Positions 38,593 through 47,562 of a stretch of 64,000 nucleotides of DNA are shown in pieces. The stretch is taken from positions 93,572-157,571 of the forward strand of contig DBXS01000031.1 of NCBI GenBank assembly GCA_002310055.1, read 5' to 3'. Position 1 is the stretch's first letter. The number at the start of each line of letters is the position of its first letter. Below the pieces are notes generated by a model. The model worked only from the letters and a program-made list of their open reading frames with translations. It was not told the DNA's origin and searched no databases. Both the position numbers and the translations under genes were made by a program. The stretch comes from Clostridiales bacterium UBA1206 (lineage in GTDB: Bacteria > Bacillota > Clostridia > Oscillospirales > CAG-382).

Positions 38593-39438
38593 TCAATTTT
38601 CTTTGAACTGCGCGAAGAACTCGCGGGACTCTTCTTCGGTCATAACTCTATCGAAAAGTTCGGAAGTGCATTTATAGGCAACGCCGTTCCTGTGGCCGTT
38701 CGTACCCGACTGGATCGAGCAGTAGTATTCGCCGCCACCGAGGCATTCGAAGCCGTAGGGGGTGGAAAACTTATACTTTGCCTCTACCCTGTCGAGCGTG
38801 GGGGCGATACGGTAGAGCGTCTCTTCCGCCTGATACGGATATTTCTGACCGTAGGTCGTGATCCAGAAACAGCCGGTGTCGGCTTCGTAATCGAGGTTCT
38901 GTATGCCGAACACGGTGTTTTTGTTGGGGATATAATGCACTTTTTCGATTTTGTTATCGGGTCCGATCTGAAGTATCATCTCGTGCGCGTACTGTTCGCC
39001 GCTGTTGGTGGCGACCGCCACGAACATACGCTCTTCGCCCGTATCCGGCGCTTTGCCGAACGCGATGCCGTCTATTCCCTGGAAACCGCCGACGTCGTTT
39101 TTCTTCATATCCATACATTCGTCGAGCTTGATCTTTTCTATAAGATGAAGATCGTGATCGTCGTAAACGAAGATATAAAACCCCGACCAGTCGTTCCAGA
39201 AAGTCCACGGCGAAGGGTTCGCCATAAAGCTGACGTAGACTTTGCCGTCGTGCCAGTCCATACCGCCCAGGTGGCCGGAATCGTCGCAGTGTATCTGGCA
39301 GATCATCGTGCCGTTCATATTGGTCTTGACCACGCTGTCGGTGAACGACCAGAACATATACTTGTGCTCTGCGTCGGACGTGAATCCCTGCATATGCTGG
39401 TTCTGGTTGCATACTTCGATAAATTCCATTTTTCGCAC
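38593..39438 (-). CDS. hypothetical cytoplasmic protein (Trp/Gly/Asp-rich, possibly beta-propeller-like)
   Basis: 281 aa with coding-like composition, no signal peptide and no motif I can name. Confidence 0.55.
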   Translation of the reverse strand: MRKMEFIEVCNQNQHMQGFTSDAEHKYMFWSFTDSVVKTNMNGTMICQIHCDDSGHLGGMDWHDGKVYVSFMANPSPWTFWNDWSGFYIFVYDDHDLHLIEKIKLDECMDMKKNDVGGFQGIDGIAFGKAPDTGEERMFVAVATNSGEQYAHEMILQIGPDNKIEKVHYIPNKNTVFGIQNLDYEADTGCFWITTYGQKYPYQAEETLYRIAPTLDRVEAKYKFSTPYGFECLGGGEYYCSIQSGTNGHRNGVAYKCTSELFDRVMTEEESREFFAQFKEN

Positions 39439-39459
39439 CTCTTTATAATAATATTGTAA

Positions 39460-40413
39460 TCATTTGCCGAAAACGGCGTAGCCGCCGAGATCGGGCTCGC
39501 CCCACAGTTCTTCGTAATCCGCGCCCAGATAGCACGCGAACGTGGTTACCGTGCCGAAGCCGAGAGCTTCGTAAAATTCAAGGTCGCGCTTGATGAGTTC
39601 GGGGTCGGCGTTCAGTTTTTTGGGCGGCTTTTGCCAGCCGGAAAACATAGAATTATCCAGCCAGTATTCCAGCACCTTGCCGTCGCTTGCGCCGAAGAAC
39701 GCCGCGAGCTCGCGCGCGTTGCGCGCGGAAGACGCGTTTTCGGGGCAAGACATAGGTTTGTGAAAATCGCGGTCGAACGGCGCGTATTCGAGATAGATCC
39801 CGTCTTCGGGTTCCACGGACGAAGGAAGCTCAGTAGCGCCGCAGTAGGCGAGGTACGACTGCCTTCCCAGGATATCGGCGCGCCTGACTCCGCGCTGCAC
39901 GGCATTATACACCGCAAGCGCCTGATCGGACGCCGAAAGGCGCGAGCATTCCGGGCAATGACAGCATTTGTCGCGCACGTCGTCCAGCCAGAAGCAGTAG
40001 CGGTGGGTGGAGGACGGCAGCTTTTTCGCGAGTTCGCACGCGTTTTGCGAAATGATCTCGAGCGCGTCTTTATTTGAAGCGCAGCAGTTGTAATCGGCGT
40101 TCCTGCCGCCGTTTTCGTCGAGCCGGAAATATTCCGGATGTGCGCCGAACAGTTCACGCGGGAGCAGCAGCGACATAACGTGCAGTTCGTATTCAAGCCC
40201 CACGCCGTGAGACATGAGTTCACGCACCGTTTCCGCCGCGGAAGCTTCGAAGCCGTGCTCGGCGAGCTCGCGCACGCGCTCGTGCGAGCCTCCGCCGCCG
40301 ACGGGATGTATGCCGAGTATATCGATATCGGAACCGAGTATGACTTTTTTCCAGGTCTGCGTTATCTCGTCCGGGTGGACGACAACGCCTTTGTGCAGTA
40401 TCAAACGTATCAC
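39460..40413 (-). CDS. DUF4838-like (glycoside-hydrolase-like TIM barrel) protein, cytoplasmic
   Basis: About 315 aa. 'HPEYFRL...NCCASN...YCFWLDDVRDKCCHCPECS' parallels 'HPEWYAL...QFCYSN...WNEHFCECDKCKS' in the neighbouring lipoprotein. The start is uncertain (GTG 40413 or TTG 40404). Confidence 0.6.
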   Translation of the reverse strand: MIRLILHKGVVVHPDEITQTWKKVILGSDIDILGIHPVGGGGSHERVRELAEHGFEASAAETVRELMSHGVGLEYELHVMSLLLPRELFGAHPEYFRLDENGGRNADYNCCASNKDALEIISQNACELAKKLPSSTHRYCFWLDDVRDKCCHCPECSRLSASDQALAVYNAVQRGVRRADILGRQSYLAYCGATELPSSVEPEDGIYLEYAPFDRDFHKPMSCPENASSARNARELAAFFGASDGKVLEYWLDNSMFSGWQKPPKKLNADPELIKRDLEFYEALGFGTVTTFACYLGADYEELWGEPDLGGYAVFGK

Positions 40414-40464
40414 CTCTTTTGCTCAATTATATATTCGCAAAAATGGTTTGTCAACATATTTAAC

Positions 40465-40493
40465 TTGACATACGCCGTTTTTTTTATTATAAT
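40465..40493 (+). promoter_or_regulatory. consensus sigma-70 promoter for the DUF4838 lipoprotein gene
   Basis: TTGACA (40465-40470), a 17-nt spacer, then TATAAT (40488-40493). Confidence 0.65.
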
Positions 40494-40525
40494 TGGAATA
40501 TCAACTTACAAAAGGTGGATTGTAT

Positions 40526-42292
40526 ATGAAAAGAGCGATTTCCCTTCTTGCTCTGCTGCTCGCGCTCGTTATGGCGCTTCAGCTGGTTTCGTGCGGCGGA
40601 GCAAGCGAAGAAAGCGGCGCGGTGTCGGAAGAGCCGTCTGCCGAAGACAGCTCGGAGGAGGTTTCGGAAGTTATGAGAGATCCCGGTTTTGAAATGCTCA
40701 AGGACGGCGTGCTGCTCTGTGACATCGTGATCGCTTCGGACGCGGTATCCAAAGAGACCGCCGCGGCGAAGGATCTGCGCAAATATATAAAGAAAATGAC
40801 CGGCACCGAACCCAAGATAGTGCGCGAAAGCAAAAAGACCGACGACGTAAAACACATCTATGTGGGCAAAACGCTCCGCTCAGAAGAGCTGGGCATCGAA
40901 AAGCCGACCGGTTACCCCGGCGTCGAGCGCGTGATAGTCGCTCAACGCGAAGGCGATCTGTTCGTGCTCGGCAACGACGACGGCAACTACAACGGCACGC
41001 AGTTCGCGGTCAATATGCTGCTCGAGCATCTGGGCTGCGGCTGGTTCGGCGAAGGCGAGCTGTGGGAAGTCGTTCCCGAACTTACGGATATCGACCTCAC
41101 CGGGCTCAAGATCGACCACTCGCCGCGCTTCAATTCGCGCATCACGCGCGTTTACAGCGGCGACTGGCAGGTGGCTGACAAGTGGTACCTGGGCGGCAAC
41201 AAATCGCTGACCGGGCACTGGCTGTTCCAGATAGCGCCCGCTTCGATGTATTCCAAGCATCCCGAATGGTACGCGCTCACCAAAAAAGGCACGCGCGACC
41301 CGGCGGGGCTGGATTATTTCCAGTTCTGCTATTCCAACGACGAGTTCGCCGAATACGTGGCGCAGAAGCTGGACGATTATTTCGCTTCGCATTCCGACCT
41401 GATCTCTATGACTATAGCTTACAACGACGGCTGGAACGAGCATTTCTGCGAATGCGACAAATGCAAGTCGCTGGGCAATCAGTCCGACGTGCTGGTCCAC
41501 TTTGCGAACAAGGTGGCAAAGCAGATATACGAAAAATATCCCGACCGCACGCTGCAGATATATTCCTACCATATGACGTATAAACCGCCGATAAACAGCG
41601 TAAAGCTGGAACCGAACGTTGAGCTTATGCTCTGCCGCGAAACAAGTATGACCAAGCCGCTCGACATAGATTATTACAGGGCCGGCTACGATAACATCAC
41701 CCGCAACACCTACGACAAATCCTGGCGCCAGAACGCTATGGAATGGATAGAAAAGACTCAGCCGCAGCACATTTCCGTTTGGGACTGGTACTGCATTGCG
41801 GCAGGCGATTCCAACTGGAAGACCATACCGTGGGTACAGGGCAACGTCGCCACGCGCAACCAGGATCTGTGGGAGGAAATGGGCGTTGAATACATATTCT
41901 ACGATCAGGGTCCCGCGGACGGATATCTGGAAGACGCGTCCTCGTTCGACCTGCGCTGGCCGCTGTGGTACGTGGCTTCGCGTTCGATGTGGGGCACCGA
42001 CATGACAGGCGAGGAACTTCTGCACGACGCGTGCGTCAAGCTTTTCGGCGCCGCCGCGGAACCGATGTTCAACTATTATAAAAAGCTTGCGGAAATAAGC
42101 GAAAACAGCGACGAATACAGTATGACGTGGGTCCCCGCCAACGTGAGGAGATTCTACGTAAAATACAAAGACGAACTAATTGAGCTGACCGAGGCGATAA
42201 AAGAAGCGCGCCGCGACTGCACCAAGATAGAGAAAGAACGCATAAACAATCAGCTCGTCTACTGGGCGGAACTGCTCAATAAGATAAAATAA
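40526..42292 (+). CDS. DUF4838-like lipoprotein (putative glycoside hydrolase-like)
   Basis: 588 aa from the ATG at 40526. It has signal/lipobox 'LLALLLALVMALQLVSC', a Ser/Glu linker and 'DGWNEHFCECDKCKSLG'. The family assignment is from memory. Confidence 0.65.
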   Translation: MKRAISLLALLLALVMALQLVSCGGASEESGAVSEEPSAEDSSEEVSEVMRDPGFEMLKDGVLLCDIVIASDAVSKETAAAKDLRKYIKKMTGTEPKIVRESKKTDDVKHIYVGKTLRSEELGIEKPTGYPGVERVIVAQREGDLFVLGNDDGNYNGTQFAVNMLLEHLGCGWFGEGELWEVVPELTDIDLTGLKIDHSPRFNSRITRVYSGDWQVADKWYLGGNKSLTGHWLFQIAPASMYSKHPEWYALTKKGTRDPAGLDYFQFCYSNDEFAEYVAQKLDDYFASHSDLISMTIAYNDGWNEHFCECDKCKSLGNQSDVLVHFANKVAKQIYEKYPDRTLQIYSYHMTYKPPINSVKLEPNVELMLCRETSMTKPLDIDYYRAGYDNITRNTYDKSWRQNAMEWIEKTQPQHISVWDWYCIAAGDSNWKTIPWVQGNVATRNQDLWEEMGVEYIFYDQGPADGYLEDASSFDLRWPLWYVASRSMWGTDMTGEELLHDACVKLFGAAAEPMFNYYKKLAEISENSDEYSMTWVPANVRRFYVKYKDELIELTEAIKEARRDCTKIEKERINNQLVYWAELLNKIK

Positions 42293-42307
42293 CATAAAAA
42301 TAAGAAG

Positions 42308-42336
42308 ACCGTCCGCGGAAAACCACCGCGGACGGT
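42308..42336. terminator. bidirectional intrinsic terminator
   Basis: An 11-bp stem accgtccgcgg / ccgcggacggt with a 7-nt loop, followed by tttgttgttt, between convergent genes. Confidence 0.75.
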
Positions 42337-42355
42337 TTTGTTGTTTAAGAAAGGT

Positions 42356-42934
42356 TCAGAGCGTATATCCGGCGGCGAAAGCGGCGAGGTTTATCTCGAC
42401 CGTTTTGGGCGGCACCGTGGAACGGATGGCGTTTTCCCACGCTTCGCGTTCCATACCCAGATATTTTGCGGCGACGCCGAGCAGCACCACGTTCACGCTC
42501 TTTGCCGAGCCCGCTTTTTCGGCGAGCGAGAGCGCGTCCACGGTGTGAAGGCGCACACCGGTAGCACGGAGCTTTTCGGCTATGTCTTCGGGATACTGCG
42601 CCTGGCCGGTGATGACCGGCATGGGGTTGATCTTCTGCGTGTTCGAGATGAGCACGCCGTCTTTTTTGAGATACGGCAGCCAGCGCGCCGATTCGAGCAG
42701 TTCGAACGAAAGCACCATATCGGCTTCGCCTTTTTCTATTACGGTGGAAGCCACTTTGTCGCCGAAGCGCACGTAGGTGACGACCGAGCCGCCGCGCTGC
42801 GACATCCCGTGGACCTCGCTGACTTTGAGGTCGTAGCCCTTGTTCATGAATACGACGCCCATAAGCTTGGAAGCGAGCAGCGTCCCCTGTCCGCCGACGC
42901 CGGCGATAAGAATGTTGTACGTCATATCACTCAT
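42356..42934 (-). CDS. iorB: indolepyruvate ferredoxin oxidoreductase subunit beta
   Basis: 192 aa. 'NILIAGVGGQGTLLASK' and 'VSEVHGMSQRGGSV' are present, and it overlaps iorA by 8 nt. Confidence 0.85.
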   Translation of the reverse strand: MSDMTYNILIAGVGGQGTLLASKLMGVVFMNKGYDLKVSEVHGMSQRGGSVVTYVRFGDKVASTVIEKGEADMVLSFELLESARWLPYLKKDGVLISNTQKINPMPVITGQAQYPEDIAEKLRATGVRLHTVDALSLAEKAGSAKSVNVVLLGVAAKYLGMEREAWENAIRSTVPPKTVEINLAAFAAGYTL

Positions 42935-44654
42935 CCTCCCTGATGGCGCCGACGCGGCAGGCGAAAGCGCATATACCGCAGCCGATGCACTGGTTTTTAT
43001 CTATGACCGCGCGTCTGTTTTCGACGGATATCGCCGGGCAGCCGACTTTGAGGCACGATCTGCAGCCGACACAGTTTTCTTTTATGACGAGCGGCTTTTT
43101 GCGTACCGCCGTCTTGAGCAGGGCGCACGGGCGGCGCGCGATGACGAGCGAGGGCTCTTCTTTTTGCAGCTCCTCGGCTATGACCTTGCGGGTGGTCTCG
43201 ACGTCGTACGGATCGGTGACGCGCACCGAAGAAAAACCGACTGCGCGCGCGAGCGCTTCGAGATCGACCGCGACGGTGGGATCGCCGTGGATGGTGAATC
43301 CGTTGGCGGGGTTGTTCTGGTGACCCGTCATTCCGGTGATGGAGTTATCGAGCACTATGACGGTGGAAAGTCCTTTGTTGTAGGCGATATCTATGAGCCC
43401 GGTTATTCCGGAATGGATGAAAGTGGAATCGCCTATGACGGCGACCGAGCGCTTTGCCTGTTCGGCGCCGCGCGCCGTGTTGAAGCCGTGCAGGCCCGAA
43501 ACGGAGCCGCCCATACACAGGCAGGAATCTATGCTGTCGAGCGGTTTCTGCGCGGCGAGCGTGTAGCAGCCGATATCGCCCGAAACGTATACGTCCAGCC
43601 CTTTGAGCGCGTAGAACAGACCGCGGTGCGGACAGCCCGGGCAGAGCACCGGCGGGCGCGCCGGGAACTGTTCCGGGAACGTGCGGTATTCGTTTTCTTC
43701 GCCGAGCACCGCTTTGCGGATTACCGACTGCGAGTATTCGCCGCAGAACGAGAACAGCGATTTGCCTTCGCACTTTATTCCGTGTTTGAGGCAGTGGGTC
43801 TCGATTATATCGTCGAGCTCTTCGCAGACGATGAGGCGGTCGACGCTTGCCGCGAATTTCTTTATGAGTTCCACCGGCAGCGGATTGACCATGCCGAGCT
43901 TGAGGTAACTGGCCTTGTCGCCGAGCGCTTCGTAAGCGTAGTTGAACGTGGTGCCGGCGGCGATGACGCCTATCTTACCGCCTTCTATTATGCGGTTTAT
44001 CCCGCTCGTTTCGGCGTATTCGCGTAAGAGCGCGGTGCGCTGTTCCACAAAGACGTGGCGCGATTTTGCCATTGCGGGCATCATAACGTTTTTGCCCACG
44101 TTTTTGACGTACGGCTTTTCGGGCGCCGCGACGCGCTCGCCGACTTCCACGGGCGAACGCGAATGCGATATGCGGGTGGAAAGGCGCAGCATCACGGGGG
44201 TATCGTATTTTTCGGAAAGCTCGTAGGCGAGCATGGCGTATTCCTTGCATTCGGCCGAATCGCACGGTTCGAGCATAGGCACTTTTGACGCTATGGCGTG
44301 GTGGCGCGAATCCTGCTCGTTCTGCGAAGAATGCATTCCGGGGTCGTCGGCGACGCCGATGACCATTCCGGCGTTGACGCCTATGTAAGACGCGGTGTAG
44401 ACCGGGTCCGCCGCGACGTTGAGTCCGACGTGTTTCATCCCGCAGAACGAACGCGCTCCGCCCAGAGCCGCGCCGAAAGCGACCTCGCAGGCGACTTTTT
44501 CGTTGGGCGCCCATTCGGAATAGATTTCCGGATATTTGGAAATATATTCGGTGATTTCGGTGCTGGGAGTGCCGGGGTACGACGACACGACGCGCACGCC
44601 GCATTCGTAGAGCCCTCTCGCCACCGCCTGGTTGCCGAGCATAAGTTCTTTCAT
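42927..44654 (-). CDS. iorA: indolepyruvate ferredoxin oxidoreductase subunit alpha
   Basis: 575 aa. It has the N-terminal 'GNQAVARGLYECGVRVVSSYPGTPSTE', the TPP-binding 'GDSTFIHSG' and a C-terminal 2x[4Fe-4S] 'CVGCRSCLKVGCP...CIGCGICAFAC'. Confidence 0.9.
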   Translation of the reverse strand: MKELMLGNQAVARGLYECGVRVVSSYPGTPSTEITEYISKYPEIYSEWAPNEKVACEVAFGAALGGARSFCGMKHVGLNVAADPVYTASYIGVNAGMVIGVADDPGMHSSQNEQDSRHHAIASKVPMLEPCDSAECKEYAMLAYELSEKYDTPVMLRLSTRISHSRSPVEVGERVAAPEKPYVKNVGKNVMMPAMAKSRHVFVEQRTALLREYAETSGINRIIEGGKIGVIAAGTTFNYAYEALGDKASYLKLGMVNPLPVELIKKFAASVDRLIVCEELDDIIETHCLKHGIKCEGKSLFSFCGEYSQSVIRKAVLGEENEYRTFPEQFPARPPVLCPGCPHRGLFYALKGLDVYVSGDIGCYTLAAQKPLDSIDSCLCMGGSVSGLHGFNTARGAEQAKRSVAVIGDSTFIHSGITGLIDIAYNKGLSTVIVLDNSITGMTGHQNNPANGFTIHGDPTVAVDLEALARAVGFSSVRVTDPYDVETTRKVIAEELQKEEPSLVIARRPCALLKTAVRKKPLVIKENCVGCRSCLKVGCPAISVENRRAVIDKNQCIGCGICAFACRVGAIREDE

Positions 44655-44740
44655 TTCAGTTCCCTTCCGTTAAAAGCGCGCGTCCCTTTTTTGAATTATT
44701 ATTCCGAAAAAAGCGCGGCGCCGTGTATAATTCCGTAATT

Positions 44741-44769
44741 ATATTACTACTTTTCTCATTCGAATGCAA
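44741..44769 (-). promoter_or_regulatory. candidate promoter for iorAB
   Basis: On the - strand: TTGCAT (44769-44764), a 17-nt spacer, then TAATAT (44746-44741). Confidence 0.4.
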
Positions 44770-44790
44770 TACCATTTTTGCAAAAAATAA

Positions 44791-44817
44791 GCCGCTTGAG
44801 CATAAAGCAAAAGCGGC
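44791..44817 (-). terminator. intrinsic terminator after the ArsB/NhaD-family gene
   Basis: A 7-bp stem gccgctt / aagcggc. On the - strand it is followed by ttatttttt. Confidence 0.5.
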
Positions 44818-44839
44818 AAATTGAACATAAGGGGGTATC

Positions 44840-46201
44840 TCAGGAATAGAATATCCAGATGAGTATATACCCTACTCCGACCGCGGCGAGCGTGAACGGA
44901 ACGCCGAATTTCATAAAAGTCCCGGTCTTAACGGTATAGCCGTTCTTTCGCAGGATACCTATGCCGGTGATGTTCGCCGAAGCGCCTATGGGAGTGAGGT
45001 TGCCGCCCAGAGTGGCGCCGCAGAGCAGACCGAAATAGAGCAGTTTGGGATCGATGGCCGTTCCGCCGGCGACGGAAAGCCGCTGCGCCAGCACCGCGAT
45101 GACGGGAAGCATCGTGGCGGTGTAAGGGATGTTATCGATAAACGCCGAAAGCAGCACCGACACCCAGACTATGACGGTATAGACGAGGAACACCGAGCCG
45201 CGTCCTCCGCTGCCGCCGAGCTTGGCGATGGTGTCGCCGATGAGGTCTATGACCCCGGCGCGTTCGATGCCGCCTATGACGACGAACAGCCCCGCCAGGA
45301 GTCCAAGCGTGTAGTAGTCGATCTCTTTGAGCGATTCTTTTACTATCTTGAGTCCGCCCGAACGGAACATCTCGCGCACGAGCCCTATGATGAAGAAGAT
45401 CATACAGATAAGTCCGTTGGTGATCTCGGGCTTATAGAACTGCCCTTCCGCGGCGGCGTCTTTATACGGGATGAACGACACGGCGATGAGCGCGAGTATG
45501 GTGCCGGCAAGGAGGAAAGACGGGAACTTGTCTTCGACTTTGAAGCGTTCGGTCGCAGATACCGGCTCTTTTTGTTTGCGGAACATAAAGTAGAGTATGA
45601 CCATTGCGGCGAGGGCGCCGGCCTGGACGATCCAGAACATCCCCGGCTTGCCGTCGCACACGAAGAAGTCGGCGAAATCCAGTTCCGCCGCTTTTGCAAG
45701 CAGGATGGAAGTGGTGTCGCCCACCAGCGTGGCGGCGCCCTGAAGGTTGGAAGACACCGCGATGCAGATTATGGCGGGGACGGGCGAAACGTCCATTTTG
45801 CGGCAGAGTTCCAGCGCAACGGGCGCGATCATCAACACCGTCGCGACGTTATCTATAAACGCCGAGATGAGCCCTGCAAAGACGGAGAGCGCAAGTATAG
45901 TCATACATATGTTTTTGGTTTTGGAAATAATGATATCCGACATCAGTTTGGGCATTCCCGAACGGATGAAAAGGAACACCGTACCCATAGTGCCGGCGAT
46001 CATCATAAGCACGTTCCAGTCGATCTCGGCGAGCGCGTCGCCGAACGAATAGGAGTAGCCTTCGAAAAATCCGGACACGCCTATGAGCACGAACACGAGC
46101 GCGGACGCCGCGGCGATATACGGGCGCGCTTTCTGGAAAATCATCATAAGCGCGTAGGTCACGCCGAATATTATGAGCGAAACGAGTGTGAATTCCTGCA
46201 T
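44840..46201 (-). CDS. ArsB/NhaD (CitMHS-like) superfamily anion permease
   Basis: 453 aa with about 12 TM segments and two-fold repeat architecture with 'FIDNVATVLM' / 'FIDNIPYTATM' hairpin motifs. Confidence 0.75.
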   Translation of the reverse strand: MQEFTLVSLIIFGVTYALMMIFQKARPYIAAASALVFVLIGVSGFFEGYSYSFGDALAEIDWNVLMMIAGTMGTVFLFIRSGMPKLMSDIIISKTKNICMTILALSVFAGLISAFIDNVATVLMIAPVALELCRKMDVSPVPAIICIAVSSNLQGAATLVGDTTSILLAKAAELDFADFFVCDGKPGMFWIVQAGALAAMVILYFMFRKQKEPVSATERFKVEDKFPSFLLAGTILALIAVSFIPYKDAAAEGQFYKPEITNGLICMIFFIIGLVREMFRSGGLKIVKESLKEIDYYTLGLLAGLFVVIGGIERAGVIDLIGDTIAKLGGSGGRGSVFLVYTVIVWVSVLLSAFIDNIPYTATMLPVIAVLAQRLSVAGGTAIDPKLLYFGLLCGATLGGNLTPIGASANITGIGILRKNGYTVKTGTFMKFGVPFTLAAVGVGYILIWIFYS

Positions 46202-46223
46202 ATTCCGTAAAACCTCCGGCAGT

Positions 46224-47450
46224 TCATATCAACTGGAACAGGTAGAACTTTAGATAGTTCGTCTCCGGGACGTTCCACAGCACGGGATGGTCGGGAGACT
46301 GGGCGCGGGCTTCGATCTGTTTGAGCGAAACGCCCGCTTCGGCGGCGGCGGAAGCCACCGCTTTTATAAACAGCTTTTCTTCCATAAAATGCGAACACGA
46401 CGCCGTGGCGAGATATCCTCCGCGCGGAAGCAGTTTCATCGCCCGGAAATTGATCTCGCGGTATCCGTGCGACGCGGCGCCGACGGTGCGGCGGCTCTTG
46501 GTGAACGCGGGCGGATCGAGCACGATGAGATCGTATTCTTTCTTTTTGCTTTCGGCAAGAGCCGGCAGATAATCGAAAATATCGGCGCAGACGAAATCCA
46601 TTTTGTCTTCAAACCCGTTGAGCCTTGCGTTGCGGCGGGCGCATTCGAGCGCCGTTTCGGAAAGGTCGACCGCGGTGACGTGTTCTGCGCCGCCTTTTAC
46701 GGCGTTGAGCGCGAACGAACCGGTGTGGGTAAAGCAATCGAGCACGCGTCTGCCTTCGCAGAGCTTTGAAAGCGCGAGCCGGTTGTATTTCTGGTCCAGG
46801 AAGAAACCGGTCTTCTGGCCGTTTTCGAAATCGACTTCGTATTTTATACCGTTTTCGGTAATGAGCGCGACGGTGGACGAAGGGTGCGGGACCGGTTCGT
46901 ACCAGCCCTTGTACTGCGGCAGCCCTTCGAGTTCGCGTATGGCGACGTCGTTGCGCTCGTAAACGCCTTCCACGGGATACCCCATCTGCGCGAGCAGCTC
47001 GCACAGCAGCGAATATATGAGCGGTTTGATCTGTTCCATACCGTATGAAAGCACCTGCGAAACGAGCACGTTTTCGAAACGGTCCACCGTGAGACCCGGC
47101 ATACCGTCGGCTTCGCCGAATATGAGGCGGCAGCAGCGGAAATCGGTCCTGCCCATAACGGCGAGCCGGTAATCCAGCGCGTATTTCACGCGGCGGCGCC
47201 AGAATTCCGCACCGAACGTTTCGTTGGCGTTGGAAGACAGCACCCGTATGCCGATCTTGCTCTTTTCGCTGAAGAAACCGGTCCCCAGATACGCGCCCTT
47301 TTGCGAGAACACGTCGGCAAGCGCGCCGTTTTCGCATACGGCGGGCGTTTTGACGAACTCTTCGGCATACACCCATGGATGCCCCGCGCGCAGCGACAGC
47401 TCGGCTTTTTCGCTGACCGTGAACGCGGGGAACGCGCGCTGTGTTTTCAT
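46224..47450 (-). CDS. class I SAM-dependent rRNA methyltransferase (RlmI/PUA-domain type)
   Basis: 408 aa from the ATG at 47450. It has an N-terminal PUA-like 'LRAGHPWVY', 'GFFLDQK', the SAM motif 'VLDCFTHTGSFAL' and 'IVLDPPAF'. Confidence 0.85.
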   Translation of the reverse strand: MKTQRAFPAFTVSEKAELSLRAGHPWVYAEEFVKTPAVCENGALADVFSQKGAYLGTGFFSEKSKIGIRVLSSNANETFGAEFWRRRVKYALDYRLAVMGRTDFRCCRLIFGEADGMPGLTVDRFENVLVSQVLSYGMEQIKPLIYSLLCELLAQMGYPVEGVYERNDVAIRELEGLPQYKGWYEPVPHPSSTVALITENGIKYEVDFENGQKTGFFLDQKYNRLALSKLCEGRRVLDCFTHTGSFALNAVKGGAEHVTAVDLSETALECARRNARLNGFEDKMDFVCADIFDYLPALAESKKKEYDLIVLDPPAFTKSRRTVGAASHGYREINFRAMKLLPRGGYLATASCSHFMEEKLFIKAVASAAAEAGVSLKQIEARAQSPDHPVLWNVPETNYLKFYLFQLI

Positions 47451-47527
47451 ATGCAAACCGCTCCTTCCCGGAATTTTCGACAATTATTATATCCTTTTAT
47501 TCAAATGGTGTCAATACCTTTTTCCAC

Positions 47528-47556
47528 TTGACATTTTTATGCGGCTATAATATAAT
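47528..47556 (+). promoter_or_regulatory. consensus sigma-70 promoter abutting the 47563 ATG
   Basis: TTGACA (47528-47533), a 17-nt spacer, then TATAAT (47551-47556). The first in-frame ATG is only 6 nt downstream. Confidence 0.6.
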
Positions 47557-47562
47557 ATCGGC

